DNA from: Desulfatiglandales bacterium
GTDB lineage: Bacteria > Desulfobacterota > DSM-4660 > Desulfatiglandales > Desulfatiglandaceae
Assembly: GCA_963666345.1 (NCBI GenBank)
Contig: OY762721.1
Location: 3,552,001-3,616,000, forward strand
Direction of reading: 5' to 3'
DNA: 64,000 bases
Numbering within the stretch: the first letter of the stretch is position 1; each line of letters begins with the position of its first letter. A program made the position numbers and the translations under genes. The notes below the pieces were generated by a model. That model had not been told where the DNA came from and searched no databases. It saw only the letters and a list, made by a program, of their open reading frames with translations. Shown in pieces: positions 10,042 to 21,373 of this stretch.

Positions 10042-11545
10042 GGTATCCCTCCCTTACCAAACGTTCATAGCGGCGGCAGTCTGCTATGGGCTCTTGCTTG
10101 AGAATCAGATGGGAGGGGATACCCAAATCAGGCGTGCAATCCTGATCCTGATCCCTGTTTAAAAGATTGAGAACCACCTCTTTACTTACGGCCCTTATCT
10201 TTAGGGCCTCCTTACAGGCTTTACTTACAGCCTCAAGTCCGTAGAAAGGAACAGCATTTAGAATGGCCACAAACTGACGGTCCCAGTCGGAAAAACGGTT
10301 TTGAAGCCCATTTAGGACGCCTTCGACAGGATCGGGAAGTTGCCAGTCTTTAAAGGGGGCTCCATTACGGAGAGCCCCGGGCTTACGTTCAAGGACCGGG
10401 ACATAATGCCAGGGATTAAAAATAGTCTTGTTCTTTCCAAAATGCCTATCATGCTCTCCTACGATACAACCGTTATTTACTATCACTATCCGATCGGCAT
10501 ATACTCTCATATAGACCGCTTTACCCACCTGGCTGCAATTAACGCTGTATCGGTTCCGGTCATAGGTTACAAGTGAGCTGGGGGTAACCCTGGCTGGACG
10601 TTGTGCATATCCATCAAAGAGAGGTGGTAGATTTATCAGATAGGGTCTCTCTTCACTGTAGACCTGCCAAACCGTCTTATCAGATATTGTTGGATGCTTA
10701 CGGGTCTTTGCCCAGGTGATGCATTGTTCTCTAAGCAGCTCGTTTAGGTGTGTGAAATCCCTGGCCTTGATTCGGGGAGTGAAAAATCTCCTTCTGACCA
10801 CACCTACCTGGTTTTCCACCTGACCCTTTTCCCAACCTGCAGCAGGGGTGCAGCTTACCGGTTCAAATAAATAATGGGAACACAGTTGGCTGAAGCGGCT
10901 GTTGAACTGTCTTTCCCTTCCTCCCAGGATCTTGTTAACCACTGTTTTGAGATTGTCATAGATGCCTTTACGGCAAACTCCCCCAAAAAACTCAAAGGCC
11001 CTGATATGGGCATCAAACACCATCTCCTGGGTTTCTCTGGGGTAGGCAATACAAAGGAAGTAGCGGCTGTGACATAACCTTATATGTGCAACCTTTGCCT
11101 TTACTCTGCTTCCGTCCAGATCTACCCACTCATGACTCCAGTCAAACTGAAAGGCTTCTGCAGGATCAAATACCAAAGGTATAAATACCTCCTTTGGCAA
11201 GCTCCTTTGATCCTGGCGCCATCTTTGAACATATCTCCGTACGCTGTCATAGCCACCTTCGTAGCCGTTGAGTTGCAGCTCTTCAAAAAGTATCTGGGCT
11301 GTCCTGCGCAGTTTTTTGGGCAGTTTCTCGTCTTCTTCCAGAAAGCCTTTCAGCATGTCTATAAACGGCCCCAGCTTGGGTCTTGGCTGGTTGCTTCGTT
11401 CGTACTGAAAAGATGTTTCTCCGCTCCTTATCGCCTTTTTTACTGTATTTTTGCTAAGGCGCAGATCCTTCGCTGTCTGACGTATGGATTTGCCATCTCT
11501 GAGAACAGCTAATCGTATCTTACGGATTGTTTCCACTGTGAGCAT
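10028..11545 (-). CDS. istA: IS21 transposase IstA
   Basis: N-terminal HTH, QFDW, YDNLKT, EKGQVEN DDE motifs. Confidence 0.95.
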   Translation of the reverse strand: MLTVETIRKIRLAVLRDGKSIRQTAKDLRLSKNTVKKAIRSGETSFQYERSNQPRPKLGPFIDMLKGFLEEDEKLPKKLRRTAQILFEELQLNGYEGGYDSVRRYVQRWRQDQRSLPKEVFIPLVFDPAEAFQFDWSHEWVDLDGSRVKAKVAHIRLCHSRYFLCIAYPRETQEMVFDAHIRAFEFFGGVCRKGIYDNLKTVVNKILGGRERQFNSRFSQLCSHYLFEPVSCTPAAGWEKGQVENQVGVVRRRFFTPRIKARDFTHLNELLREQCITWAKTRKHPTISDKTVWQVYSEERPYLINLPPLFDGYAQRPARVTPSSLVTYDRNRYSVNCSQVGKAVYMRVYADRIVIVNNGCIVGEHDRHFGKNKTIFNPWHYVPVLERKPGALRNGAPFKDWQLPDPVEGVLNGLQNRFSDWDRQFVAILNAVPFYGLEAVSKACKEALKIRAVSKEVVLNLLNRDQDQDCTPDLGIPSHLILKQEPIADCRRYERLVREGYHAAQ

Positions 11546-11659
11546 CCCTTTCCGCCTCCTTCTACCATAGTCACAGCAGAATAGAAGGCTTTCAGGGGTG
11601 GGTCAATTTTGGACGCCGATTCGCCCTATAGGTGGGTCATTTTTGCATGCCGATTCACA

Positions 11660-13020
11660 CCCCAGGAACGGGAAAGACATCCTTTGCTGAGGGTCTGGCA
11701 AAAGAATTGAAAATACCAGCATATACCATCACAAAAGATGCTGACAACAAGACTAAGCGTGCGAGACTTGCAATTATGGCCTGCTTAAACATTACAAACA
11801 GTGGAGATGGGTCCCTGGTAGTCGTAGATGAGGCTGACAACCTCCTTAACACAAGGTTCTCATGGTTTTCAAGGGGTGAGACTCAAGATAAGGGCTGGCT
11901 AAATAAACTGATGGAAGAGCCAGGGGTAAGGATGATCTGGATAACCAATGAGATAGATGACATTGCCCCATCGGTTTTAAGGAGATTTTCCTATAGCCTA
12001 CACTTTAAACCCTTTAACAAGCGTCAGAGAGTGCTTCTATGGGAGAACATCTTAAGATATAACAGGGTCAAGAGGTTTTTCACCAGTGATGAGGTAAATA
12101 GCCTTGCCGTCAGGTATAGGGTAAATGCCGGGGTCATAGATCTAGCGGTCAAGAAGGCTAAAGAGACGGGTATTACATCAAAGCCTGATTATCAAAATGC
12201 CTTAAGACTTGCCTTGGATGCCTACCTGGCTTTGGAAAATGGCGGGGAGAAGGAAATAGACAGGGAAAGAATCGAGAAAAACTACTCCTTGGAAGGTCTT
12301 AATATAAGGGGTGATCTTAAAGGAGCCTTAGGTCAGCTGGAAGCCTTTGATCAGTTTTTAAGGAAGGCTGATGATGACAGGGTATTAACCATTAATCTCT
12401 TGCTTTATGGACCACCTGGTACTGGAAAGAGCGAGTTTGCCAGATACCTTGGAAGGCACCTTGATAGGGAAATTATTGTCAAACGGATAAGTGACCTACA
12501 GAGCAAATGGGTAGGTGATTCAGAGAAGAATATCAGGGATGCCTTTTATGAAGCAGAAAGAGAAGAGGCAATCCTTATCATGGATGAGGCAGATAGCTTG
12601 GTTTTTAGCAGGGATTATGCCCTTCACTCATGGGAGATATCATTTACCAATGAATTTTTGGCCAGGTTGGAAAGGTTCAAAGGGATTCTTATTTGCACTA
12701 CCAATAGGCTGAAAGACCTTGATCAGGCGAGTATCAGGCGGTTTCAGCATAAGCTTGGGTTTGATTATCTGGATGCTGAAGGTAATCTGATTTTCTATCA
12801 AAAGCTTTTAGAAGGGCTGGTTGATGAACCATTGGATGATGAGAATATCGCTAAGCTAAAAGATATCCGTAACCTTGCTCCAGGAGATTTTAAGACGGTA
12901 AGGGATAGGTTTATCTTTATTTCCGATGATGGCCTGAACCATCAGACCCTTGTTGAGGCTTTAAGAAATGAGTCTGAAATCAAGAAGGTCTTCCTTAAAA
13001 CCGGCTCGATTGGCTTTTAA
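11660..13020 (+). pseudogene. Tandem-AAA ATPase, 5'-truncated by IS21 inside the first Walker A
   Basis: Begins ..PGTGKT at the IS end; VVDEAD; second domain GPPGTGKS, IMDEAD, LDQASIRRF; ends SIGF. Confidence 0.8.
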
Positions 13021-13145
13021 TGTTTTTTCTTTTGGAGATGTGAGTTTACGGGAAAGGGATTAAATATCCTAGGCATACATGCAACATTTTGCTTTAGCTA
13101 AATACTGGCATAACTTAGAGATATCAATGGTTTTGCTGCTTTTCG

Positions 13146-13163
13146 GGTACATGGCAAATATCA
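13146..13163 (+). repeat. 18-bp direct repeat GGTACATGGCAAATATCA, copy 1 (copy 2 at 21356-21373)
   Basis: Exact match read by eye. Confidence 0.85.
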
Positions 13164-13437
13164 GAAATTTGACTGGCCAGGACTCATCATTCAAAATATC
13201 TTCCTTGCCCCGGCTAAAAAGGCGGCGACTAGTCAGATTTATCAAATATATTTAAATAGGAAGATATAATTTTGATTTGAAATGAAATAACAGGTGCGCC
13301 AACAACAGTAGCTACGCTTTGTAATCTCAATGCCCCTAAAGATAAATGCGAGGTCTTTAGCCTTTAGATTTAACGACTAATTCCTAAAGGTTTGTTTATT
13401 ACCCATTTTTATTCATTAGCTTATTTATAAAATAATC

Positions 13438-13486
13438 TTGACAAAGTTTTTTGCAAAATTTATAAATTGTCTATCTGTCAGACATA
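13438..13486 (+). promoter_or_regulatory. Sigma70-type promoter with likely FadR/GntR operator just downstream
   Basis: TTGACA-17 bp-TATAAA then dyad TGTCT-N7-AGACA. Confidence 0.6.
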
Positions 13487-13516
13487 CGCACATTCCAATC
13501 TGGAGCCTTATCTATC

Positions 13517-14266
13517 ATGGACAAATCTTTATTCAAGCCCATTCAAAACAAACGGACCTTTGAGAAGATTTCCACTAAAATTAAGAAATTGATTTTTCAA
13601 GGGAGCCTAAAACCAGGAGACAAATTGCCTTCAGAGGTTGAATTGGCTCGGAGATATGGGGTCGGCCGTCAAACCGTCCGTGAGGCTCTGAGGGTGCTTG
13701 AGATCTCAGGTTTTATAAGCGTCCAGCAAGGTGGGGCTGGCGGCCCTATCGTAAAAGATACCGTTCTAAATACGATCAGTAATTCGTTTGTGGACGCAAT
13801 ACGAATGAAAAAAATCACGATGGAAGAAGTTACCGCAGTGCGCATTGAATTGGAAAAATTTGTCGTTAGATGTGCCGTGGAATCTGCCGATGAGAATGAT
13901 CTTGAAGCTATGCAGGCGAACATTGTTGCAGCAAGAAAAAAGATCAACACTCAAAGTCATGCACGCATGGAAAATTTCGATTTTCACATTCTGCTAGCAC
14001 AATCCACCAAAAATGAAGTGCTTGTAATAATTATGAAATCAATTATGGCTCTTCTAGCTGTGTTCCTCAGCAGGTATCAGCTAAATTTTGAAATGCAAAA
14101 ATATATCATAGAACAGCATCAGGCTGTGTTGGATTTCATAGTGAAAAGAAGGGCATATGAAGCCTGCATGTGTCTTGAAAAATACCTTCTGGAGATACAA
14201 AGTTGGTACAAAGATGAGCCTGATTTATCGTATGAATTTAACGGGCTGCCTTCTGCTGAATTTTGA
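13517..14266 (+). CDS. FadR/GntR family transcriptional regulator
   Basis: LKPGDKLPSEVELA..GVGRQTVREAL wHTH; FCD domain with FH..LA..N. Confidence 0.92.
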   Translation: MDKSLFKPIQNKRTFEKISTKIKKLIFQGSLKPGDKLPSEVELARRYGVGRQTVREALRVLEISGFISVQQGGAGGPIVKDTVLNTISNSFVDAIRMKKITMEEVTAVRIELEKFVVRCAVESADENDLEAMQANIVAARKKINTQSHARMENFDFHILLAQSTKNEVLVIIMKSIMALLAVFLSRYQLNFEMQKYIIEQHQAVLDFIVKRRAYEACMCLEKYLLEIQSWYKDEPDLSYEFNGLPSAEF

Positions 14267-14483
14267 ATGTATTCCTGTGATTTTATTTAGGTTTGGCTGA
14301 CCGCGCTCTTTGGATGGAGTCAGCCCGATTCAAGCGATTTCTTTGTTATATTTTGCATATCTATTCGCTTTCGTCTTGGGAGTTGCGGGTATCTTTGTCA
14401 GCTATTGTCGGGTTTAAATTTACTTTTGTGTTTGGCCATGGATCAACGGGTTTCAAATGTTACTTCAAATAAAGGAGAGGCAT

Positions 14484-15689
14484 ATGGATTTAGCAAAACT
14501 AAGAATTAGTAAACAAATTTCCACTCAGGAACTCGAGCGAAGATGGAATGCCACACGTTCTGCCATGAAAGATCAAGGGATAGATGTGCTGCTTATGCAG
14601 AATACCAATCAGTTTCTAGGGGGTTATGTGAAATGGTTCACTGATGTGCCGGCATTCAATGCTTATCCAACGCATGTCATTTTTCCCCGGGAAGATGATA
14701 TGTCAATTATCAACATTGGACCCCGGATGGATTCCAAAAGCAGTTTAACCGACTTGAGCACACAAGCATGGGCGTACCGTGGAGTCAAGAATCGCTTAAC
14801 GGCACCCTATTTTCCTTCTCTTCACTACAGCAAAACCTATGATGCGGAATTGGTTGTTGAACTCTTGGTCCCTATGAAGAACTGCACCGTCGGATTGGTA
14901 AATATGGGACTTATACCAGCAGCGTTCAATGATTATCTGAGAACGCACCTTCCCTCGGCTACGTTTGTGGATGCTACAGACTTGGTAGATGACATTAAGG
15001 CAATAAAAAGTGACGAAGAGCTTTCTTTGATAAGGCTGGCTGCTGATGTACAGGACAAAGCTATGGAGGAGGCGTTTAGGGCAATAAAGCCCGGCATGCG
15101 GGATCACGAAATCATGGCTTTAGCCCAGTACACTGTTCAAAAACTTGGAAGCGAACAACAATTGATTATGGCGGGCTCCAGCCCAATGGGTACTCCTTGC
15201 CCAATGCTAAAGCGCCACTTCATGTACCGGGAGTTGAAAGAAGGAGATCAGTTCACTCTGATGCTTGAGGCGAACGGGCCTGGAGGTTTTTATACCGAGC
15301 TAGGTAGGACATGTGTGCTGGGTAAAGCATCGCAAGAACTGCTCGACTCATGTGAAATAGCAAAAGAAGCTCAACGGATTACACTTGATCTTCTAAAGCC
15401 GGGGGCAGATCCGAAGGATTTGGTTGCTGCCAATAATGATTTTCTTAGACGAAATGGGTATCCGGAGGAGAAACGTCTATATGCCCATGGCCAAGGCTAT
15501 GATCTTGTTGAAAGACCAGCCATAAGACAAGATGAGCCCATGAAGATTGCATCGAGCATGAATATCACGGTGCATCCCATAGTTGCGTCCAAAACCGCGT
15601 TTGCATGGATTTGTGACAACTACATTGTTACGGAACAAGGTGCAAGTGAATGCATTCACAAAACACCGAAAAAAATCTTCGAGCTATGA
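14484..15689 (+). CDS. M24 (pita-bread fold) peptidase/creatinase-like hydrolase
   Basis: Creatinase-like N domain, AIKSDEEL, ELGRT, HGQGY; RBS AGGAGAGG before ATG 14484. Confidence 0.85.
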   Translation: MDLAKLRISKQISTQELERRWNATRSAMKDQGIDVLLMQNTNQFLGGYVKWFTDVPAFNAYPTHVIFPREDDMSIINIGPRMDSKSSLTDLSTQAWAYRGVKNRLTAPYFPSLHYSKTYDAELVVELLVPMKNCTVGLVNMGLIPAAFNDYLRTHLPSATFVDATDLVDDIKAIKSDEELSLIRLAADVQDKAMEEAFRAIKPGMRDHEIMALAQYTVQKLGSEQQLIMAGSSPMGTPCPMLKRHFMYRELKEGDQFTLMLEANGPGGFYTELGRTCVLGKASQELLDSCEIAKEAQRITLDLLKPGADPKDLVAANNDFLRRNGYPEEKRLYAHGQGYDLVERPAIRQDEPMKIASSMNITVHPIVASKTAFAWICDNYIVTEQGASECIHKTPKKIFEL

Positions 15690-15911
15690 TCTTTTCTGAT
15701 CTAAATAACAGCAATGCTTCATGCGGATTACGTAATCCCCTTGAATTAGCAAACGGTTAATGAACTGCCCTGAAAGATCATAATGTGCGCTACGTCTGAG
15801 GGGTACAAAAGAAAGGAGGTGGCCAATCGACGGAAGCTCGCTAGGCGCGAGCAAGCGTTCAAGCGAAGTTCAATAAATAAACATACCATTATTTTAGGAG
15901 GTTGATCTACC

Positions 15912-17018
15912 ATGAAAAAAATCGCAGCATGCCTTTTTGTTATCGTATTAGGGTTGATGACTGTAAACATTGCCTTCGCAACAAGCAATCCTCCTTACTC
16001 TGGACCTGAAAAAAAAATACGCCTTTCACTTCATGTCCCGGCTACGCACTTGATCTGGAAAAAAATGGTGTTGCCGTGGACTCAAATCGTTGAAAAAGAG
16101 AGTAACGGCAACCTCGTCATCAAACCCCATCTCGGGGGCGTTCTTCACTCTGCCAAAGACGGATTCAAGGCTGTCAGAGGGGGCATAACTGATTTGACCA
16201 TGTGTTATCCGGTATGGTCGCCTGCAGGTTTTCACCTCAACCATGTTTTCGGTCTTCCCTTTGCCTTCCCCAATGCCTCAGTAGCTGCCAGAGTCGCAGA
16301 GGAGCTCTATCCCAAATATCTGAAAAAAGAATATGAAAAAAAGGGCATTTATTTAGCTTTCTACTCAGCGATGGCAACCTACGATCTGATCTCGAAAAAA
16401 CCTGTCAGAACACTAGAAGACCTAAAGGGGATGAAAATTAGAACTCCTGCTGGGCCAATGGCCGAAATGGCCAAAAGGCTTGGAGCGGTTCCCGTCTTTC
16501 TATCCATTGCTGAAGTTTACACAGGGCTCCAGCGCGGAATTATCGACGGTGTGCTTACCCCCACTTTCGCTGGATACGCATACCGTTTTTTTGAAATGGC
16601 AAAATATGTTACGAGATTAGATCTCGGCCTTAGTGCGAGTGCATGGGGTTTTAACAAAAAAACATTTGATTCCTTACCACCACAGCTACAGAATGAAATG
16701 TATGGGTATTTGAGACTTGAAAGCCAAATGTGGGCAAATGCCATGGACGAACAGAACCGTTTAGCTCGGGAGAGAAACCTTAAAGAGTCTATAGAGGTTA
16801 TCACTCTTTCTCCCGAAGAATATAAGAGATGGAAAGACGTTTTAGAGCCTATCTGGCTTGAATTCATAGAGAAAAACGAGGCCAAGGGACTCCCTGCGAA
16901 AGAACTGGTTAAGGAAATGAAAGCCCTCACCGAAAAGTACTCGGATTATACTCCTGAACAACTAAGAAAACTGACGAAAGAAGAACCGGTCAAAGGGATA
17001 ATAACCTTCGGTAAGTAA
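15912..17018 (+). CDS. dctP: TRAP transporter substrate-binding protein
   Basis: Signal peptide, DLKGMKIR, EVYTGLQRGIIDG. Confidence 0.92.
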   Translation: MKKIAACLFVIVLGLMTVNIAFATSNPPYSGPEKKIRLSLHVPATHLIWKKMVLPWTQIVEKESNGNLVIKPHLGGVLHSAKDGFKAVRGGITDLTMCYPVWSPAGFHLNHVFGLPFAFPNASVAARVAEELYPKYLKKEYEKKGIYLAFYSAMATYDLISKKPVRTLEDLKGMKIRTPAGPMAEMAKRLGAVPVFLSIAEVYTGLQRGIIDGVLTPTFAGYAYRFFEMAKYVTRLDLGLSASAWGFNKKTFDSLPPQLQNEMYGYLRLESQMWANAMDEQNRLARERNLKESIEVITLSPEEYKRWKDVLEPIWLEFIEKNEAKGLPAKELVKEMKALTEKYSDYTPEQLRKLTKEEPVKGIITFGK

Positions 17019-17040
17019 CGTGAAGACAGCTAGAAGTGAA

Positions 17041-17082
17041 CTGCACGGGTTACGCCAGTGATTTTTACGTTGACCCGTGCAG
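17041..17082 (+). other. Intercistronic stem-loop between dctP and dctQ
   Basis: CTGCACGGGT...ACCCGTGCAG inverted repeat. Confidence 0.6.
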
Positions 17083-17181
17083 ATCGTTTCATCTCTATGT
17101 CTTCTTAAAAACTTGGACTGAAGATCTTAAAACACGTTGCGGATTTTTCATGGAAGTCTGGCCACTTGCGGGAGGTAGAAC

Positions 17182-17682
17182 ATGTTGAATCGATTGAATT
17201 CCATCCTTAATTCCATTTCGAGCATATTTCACCAAACGGGTACTGTTCTCGTCCTTCCCTGTATAACTGGGTTAGTCACCCTTGATGTGTTCATGCGTTA
17301 TGTTATGAATTCGCCCATTCATGGAAGCAAAGAGATAAATGGTTTAATGCTGGTGATAGTCTTTTTTTTCTCATTTACTCGCTGTTGGGATAAGGGCCGT
17401 CATGTAAGAGTCGATCTTTTATATTCACGTATGAAAGAAAAAGCTAGATTATGTACCGATTGCATCACCGGAATCGCTGGTATGATGTTTTCTGGACTTC
17501 TGAGTTTTCAACTAATTCGCGACCTTCCTTACGTGATCACTACTAGAGAAAGCGGGGAAGAGTTGGGTATCCTATTTTGGCCGTTCAAAATCCTTATTGC
17601 ACTTTGTTGCATTCTGTTATTTTTGAGCATGTTGATTTACTTCATCGATTCGCTAAAAACTTTTTTGAGGTCTGGAAAATAA
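17182..17682 (+). CDS. dctQ: TRAP small permease
   Basis: 4 TM segments, DVFMRY, HVRVD. Confidence 0.9.
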   Translation: MLNRLNSILNSISSIFHQTGTVLVLPCITGLVTLDVFMRYVMNSPIHGSKEINGLMLVIVFFFSFTRCWDKGRHVRVDLLYSRMKEKARLCTDCITGIAGMMFSGLLSFQLIRDLPYVITTRESGEELGILFWPFKILIALCCILLFLSMLIYFIDSLKTFLRSGK

Positions 17683-18983
17683 TGGAAGCTATGACAATAG
17701 GTGTTATCGGCCTTGTGGCAATGCTGCTTCTCATCGCAATTGGAGTTCCGATCGCTTTTTCGCTAATTGCCGTAGGAGCTATAGGTATGTTTCTAGTGGC
17801 GGGAATGCTTCCCACTCTTACCCAAATTGCCATGATTTCCTGGGACAAAGGGACCAGCTTCGTCATCCTTTGCGTCCCTCTCTATATTCTTATGGGACAG
17901 CTTATTTATCATACCGGGATTGCAACGGACCTTTATGACTGTGTACAGAAGTGGTTTGGACGCCTCCCGGGAGGGCTCGCCATCGCATCTGTGTTTGCAT
18001 GCGGTGGCTTTGGCGCTGTAACCGGATCAAGCTTGGCTGCGGTTTCTACGATGGGGGCCATCGTCATGCCGGAGATGAAGAAATATCACTATGACGACAA
18101 ACTTGCTACCGGAGTACTTTCAGCTTCGGGCACACTGGGCATCCTCATTCCTCCCAGTATCATTTTTGTATTTTACGGTATCATGACTGATACATCCATT
18201 GCTCAACTTTTCATCGCTGGAATCGTTCCCGGTATCATTACAGTTGTCTTATTTTCTTTAACAATCTACGTGCGTTGTCTCTGCAACCCTAGCCTCGGAC
18301 CTGTAGGCCCTCGATATTCTTGGAAGGAAAAAATTAGCTCTTTAAAAAAAATCACACCCGTGGCCTTTATCTTTTTCGTTGTAATAGGGGGTATCTATGG
18401 GGGTATTTTCACTCCCACTGAAGCCTCAGGAATTGGTGTTAGCGGAGTAATTGCTAGCAGCTTGATCATGAAGAGAATGACGTGGCTTAAGTTCAAGGCA
18501 TCCGTGGATGACACGGGGATCATAAGTGCTATGATATTTGCCATCCTAATAGGCGGATATCTTATAGGACGATTTCTGGCGCTTACTGAAATTACGTCAA
18601 GCTTGGTGGATTATATAGTGAGTCTGAATCTTAACAAGTTCGTATTTATGATCTGTCTCATGTTTCTGTTCGCCATACTAGGTTGTGTTTTAGATGTGTT
18701 CGGGATGTTGATTTTGACATTACCCTTTGTTTTTCCAATCATTATACAATTGGGTTTCGATCCTGTGTGGCTTGGTGTGTTTGTTGTAATTATGGCTGAA
18801 GTGGCACTCATAACCCCCCCCATAGGAGTGAATGTGTTTATAATGCAGAGCATAGTCCCGGATATTCCAATTAGCACAATATTCAAGGGAATCGCTCCTT
18901 TCTTGTTATGTGAACTAATTTTAATCGCGATAATTATAATATTTCCAGGTGTGACCTTATGGCTACCAGGAACACTTGGTTAA
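17682..18983 (+). CDS. dctM: TRAP large permease
   Basis: GTLGILIPPS, FTPTEA, ITPPIG; ATG overlaps dctQ stop. Confidence 0.93.
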   Translation: MEAMTIGVIGLVAMLLLIAIGVPIAFSLIAVGAIGMFLVAGMLPTLTQIAMISWDKGTSFVILCVPLYILMGQLIYHTGIATDLYDCVQKWFGRLPGGLAIASVFACGGFGAVTGSSLAAVSTMGAIVMPEMKKYHYDDKLATGVLSASGTLGILIPPSIIFVFYGIMTDTSIAQLFIAGIVPGIITVVLFSLTIYVRCLCNPSLGPVGPRYSWKEKISSLKKITPVAFIFFVVIGGIYGGIFTPTEASGIGVSGVIASSLIMKRMTWLKFKASVDDTGIISAMIFAILIGGYLIGRFLALTEITSSLVDYIVSLNLNKFVFMICLMFLFAILGCVLDVFGMLILTLPFVFPIIIQLGFDPVWLGVFVVIMAEVALITPPIGVNVFIMQSIVPDIPISTIFKGIAPFLLCELILIAIIIIFPGVTLWLPGTLG

Positions 18984-19790
18984 GGTCTTGGAAACCTGAC
19001 TGGCTATGCATGATGACTCATGAAAATACTATGCCCAGAATACGTAGAGAAAGCCAGGTACGATATTTGGACAGTGATTGCTACAGCATTTAGCATGAAT
19101 GCGATATGATGGGCAAATGGAATGGCTTTTGTTTCGTGATATAGGTACTTATATAATATGTGACTCCTTAGCTTTGTCTCCATTATGGAAGCATATCCTA
19201 ACTGATCGCGACAAAACACCCTCGCCTGTGCCCAGAAGACTCCTGAAGTTTAACAATTTTGGAAACATATAGAAATCTGCCGTATGTGAACTGCTCAAAG
19301 TTCAATATACAAATGAGGATTTAACAATGATCAACTGATGCGAAATCATGTTCAAATGATGATTCCAATACTTCGCAAATATTCAGTTTCCCAAGTAGCG
19401 GGCTGTATAAAAGGAATAAATACCATGAAGATAGTTCCATAGATATGTGGGTTATTAGAGCGATTTCACTGGTCAGCATTTTTTGGCCAGAGGTTTTTAT
19501 GTAACAACAGCAGGTCGAGATAAAGAGGTAGAGTGGCAATATATCAAAAGGCAGCAGGAGTTTGATGAAAAACTCGACCAATCAAATATATTTTAGGGTA
19601 GGTCCTATTCAGAAGGCTTACAGTTTTAATTGTGCAGTTCACAACAAAACTCAGGCTTTGCCGGAGTTCGCAGACTATCTTTTATGTTTTTCATCCACCT
19701 TGATACAATGCTTTCAATCACGGGCTTAGGCCTGTGGTCTTCGTGTATTTTTTTCAATCGTGACAGGCCTGATGATTTTTTAACCAAGAG

Positions 19791-21086
19791 TTGAACAAAA
19801 TGGTTATTATAAAAGAAAAACCGGTTCTGCGGGCCTGGTCGGTGATGGGCGCTAGTGTGGGTATCAACCTTGCCCTCGGCATACTCTATGCGTGGAGCAT
19901 ATTCAAGGAACCGATAGTCCGCTCCATAGAGTCGGGAGACGGAGTATTTAACTGGAGCCCCTCTGCGGTGAATGATCCATATGCGGTAAGCCTCATGGTA
20001 TTTTCTTTTTCCATGGTGCCAGCCGGCTGGATCCAGGACAGGCTGGGGCCCAGGATTACCGCCCTTATGGGAGGCGTTCTGGTGGGAGGCGGGATGCTTG
20101 TCGCCTCTTTGAGTTCATCGTACATTGTCTGGATAATCGGTTTCGGGGTCATGGTGGGGGGTGGTATAGGCTGCGGTTACGCCTGTACCACCCCTGTTAC
20201 CCTGAAGTGGTTTCCCCCTTCCATGACCGGAATGGCCGCAGGGATCGTGGTTGCAGGAGCGGGACTTGCCCCTGTCTATATCGCGCCTCTTGCGCAGTAT
20301 CTGATAAATGAACATGATTTAGGCAAAACAGTTCTTATCTTTGGAGTAATGATAGCTGGCGCAGTCGGCATCCTTTCCTTTTTTCTGCATGACAGAAAAA
20401 TCGAACCCGGGAAAAGCGGGGCCTGCGGCATCCAGGACCATGTTACCGGTGACACGGAGGTTCTTCCTGGCCGGATATTACGGAGCGCAACCTTCCGGCA
20501 GGTCTGGCTTCTGTATTTTGCTGCATCAGGTGCCGGGCTCATGGTCATAGGGTCTCTTGCGGGGATGGCAAAGGCCTCCATGGGTGAAACGGCCTTTGTT
20601 GCTGTTGCCGTGGTTGCAATAGGAAATGCTCTGGGCAGGATTGTGGCTGGATCGGTATCAGACAGATTAGGTCGGGAAAACACCATCCTGGCGGTACTTG
20701 TAGTTCAGGCCTGCCTCATGTTCCTGGCCATCAGGATAGTTGGAGGTGCGGGTACAGGGGCATTTACACTTGTTTTCCTGGCATCCTTTATAGGATTCAA
20801 TTACGGGACCAATTCCGCCCTGTTTCCAGCCCTTGCCAGGGACCTCTGGGGCCTGAAAAACTTTGGCGCAAATTACGGTATGCTTTTCACCGCCTGGGGC
20901 ACCGGTGGGTTCGTAATGTCCAGGATCTCTCAGACGCTTACCGCCGCCACAGGGGGATATGATGCATCCTTCATACTCGCAGGAGTGGTCCTTCTCGCAG
21001 CTGCAGTTCTGGCGGTCGCGTTCAAAAAACGCAGATACCGAATAATGGCTGGTAAATATAAAGGTGCAGAGGAAGGTTATTGCTAA
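19791..21086 (+). CDS. MFS transporter, OFA (oxalate:formate antiporter)-like
   Basis: About 12 TM, YAWS.F, GWIQDRLGPR, KWFP, G.KNFGANYG. Confidence 0.88.
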   Translation: MNKMVIIKEKPVLRAWSVMGASVGINLALGILYAWSIFKEPIVRSIESGDGVFNWSPSAVNDPYAVSLMVFSFSMVPAGWIQDRLGPRITALMGGVLVGGGMLVASLSSSYIVWIIGFGVMVGGGIGCGYACTTPVTLKWFPPSMTGMAAGIVVAGAGLAPVYIAPLAQYLINEHDLGKTVLIFGVMIAGAVGILSFFLHDRKIEPGKSGACGIQDHVTGDTEVLPGRILRSATFRQVWLLYFAASGAGLMVIGSLAGMAKASMGETAFVAVAVVAIGNALGRIVAGSVSDRLGRENTILAVLVVQACLMFLAIRIVGGAGTGAFTLVFLASFIGFNYGTNSALFPALARDLWGLKNFGANYGMLFTAWGTGGFVMSRISQTLTAATGGYDASFILAGVVLLAAAVLAVAFKKRRYRIMAGKYKGAEEGYC

Positions 21087-21315
21087 AGAATATTATAGAA
21101 AAAAGGGGCAATATGAGGTTTTCTCCAGCTATCAAAAGCTGCGATATCCAAATCTAATTATGAGCGTAGCGACTTCATCTTGTGGTCATTTGATAATGCA
21201 AAACCAAAAGTTGTTGGTGGATATAACAGCTATAGCATATCTTGTCATATGAAAATGATGTCATAAAAAATAAGAAACCCCCATTAAATGAGGGAGTCCC
21301 AGATCCGTGAATATC

Positions 21316-21330
21316 TGTGATATGATCAGA
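21316..21330 (+). repeat. 15-bp repeat TGTGATATGATCAGA, copy 1 (also 27460-27474 and 43366-43380)
   Basis: Three exact copies in direct orientation. Confidence 0.9.
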
Positions 21331-21355
21331 TGACCATAGAAATTGATGTTTTTGC

Positions 21356-21373
21356 GGTACATGGCAAATATCA
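21356..21373 (+). repeat. 18-bp direct repeat GGTACATGGCAAATATCA, copy 2
   Basis: Exact match to 13146-13163. Confidence 0.85.

Larger units (their letters stand above)
9207..11659 (-). mobile_element. IS21 family element, copy 1 (2453 bp)
   Basis: TG...CA ends with repeated AAAATTGACCCA subterminal motifs, istA+istB; no flanking direct repeat. Confidence 0.95.

Noticed and set aside
11632..11659. ATG 11632 as the native start of the AAA gene
   Set aside because: It lies inside the IS21 terminal repeat
19004..19581. Short minus-strand ORFs between dctM and the MFS gene
   Set aside because: No RBS or recognisable motifs; likely spurious
19564..19695. Possible MITE bounded by GATGAAAAAC/GTTTTTCATC
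   Set aside because: Only a 10-bp AT-rich inverted repeat, with no second copy or target duplication seen
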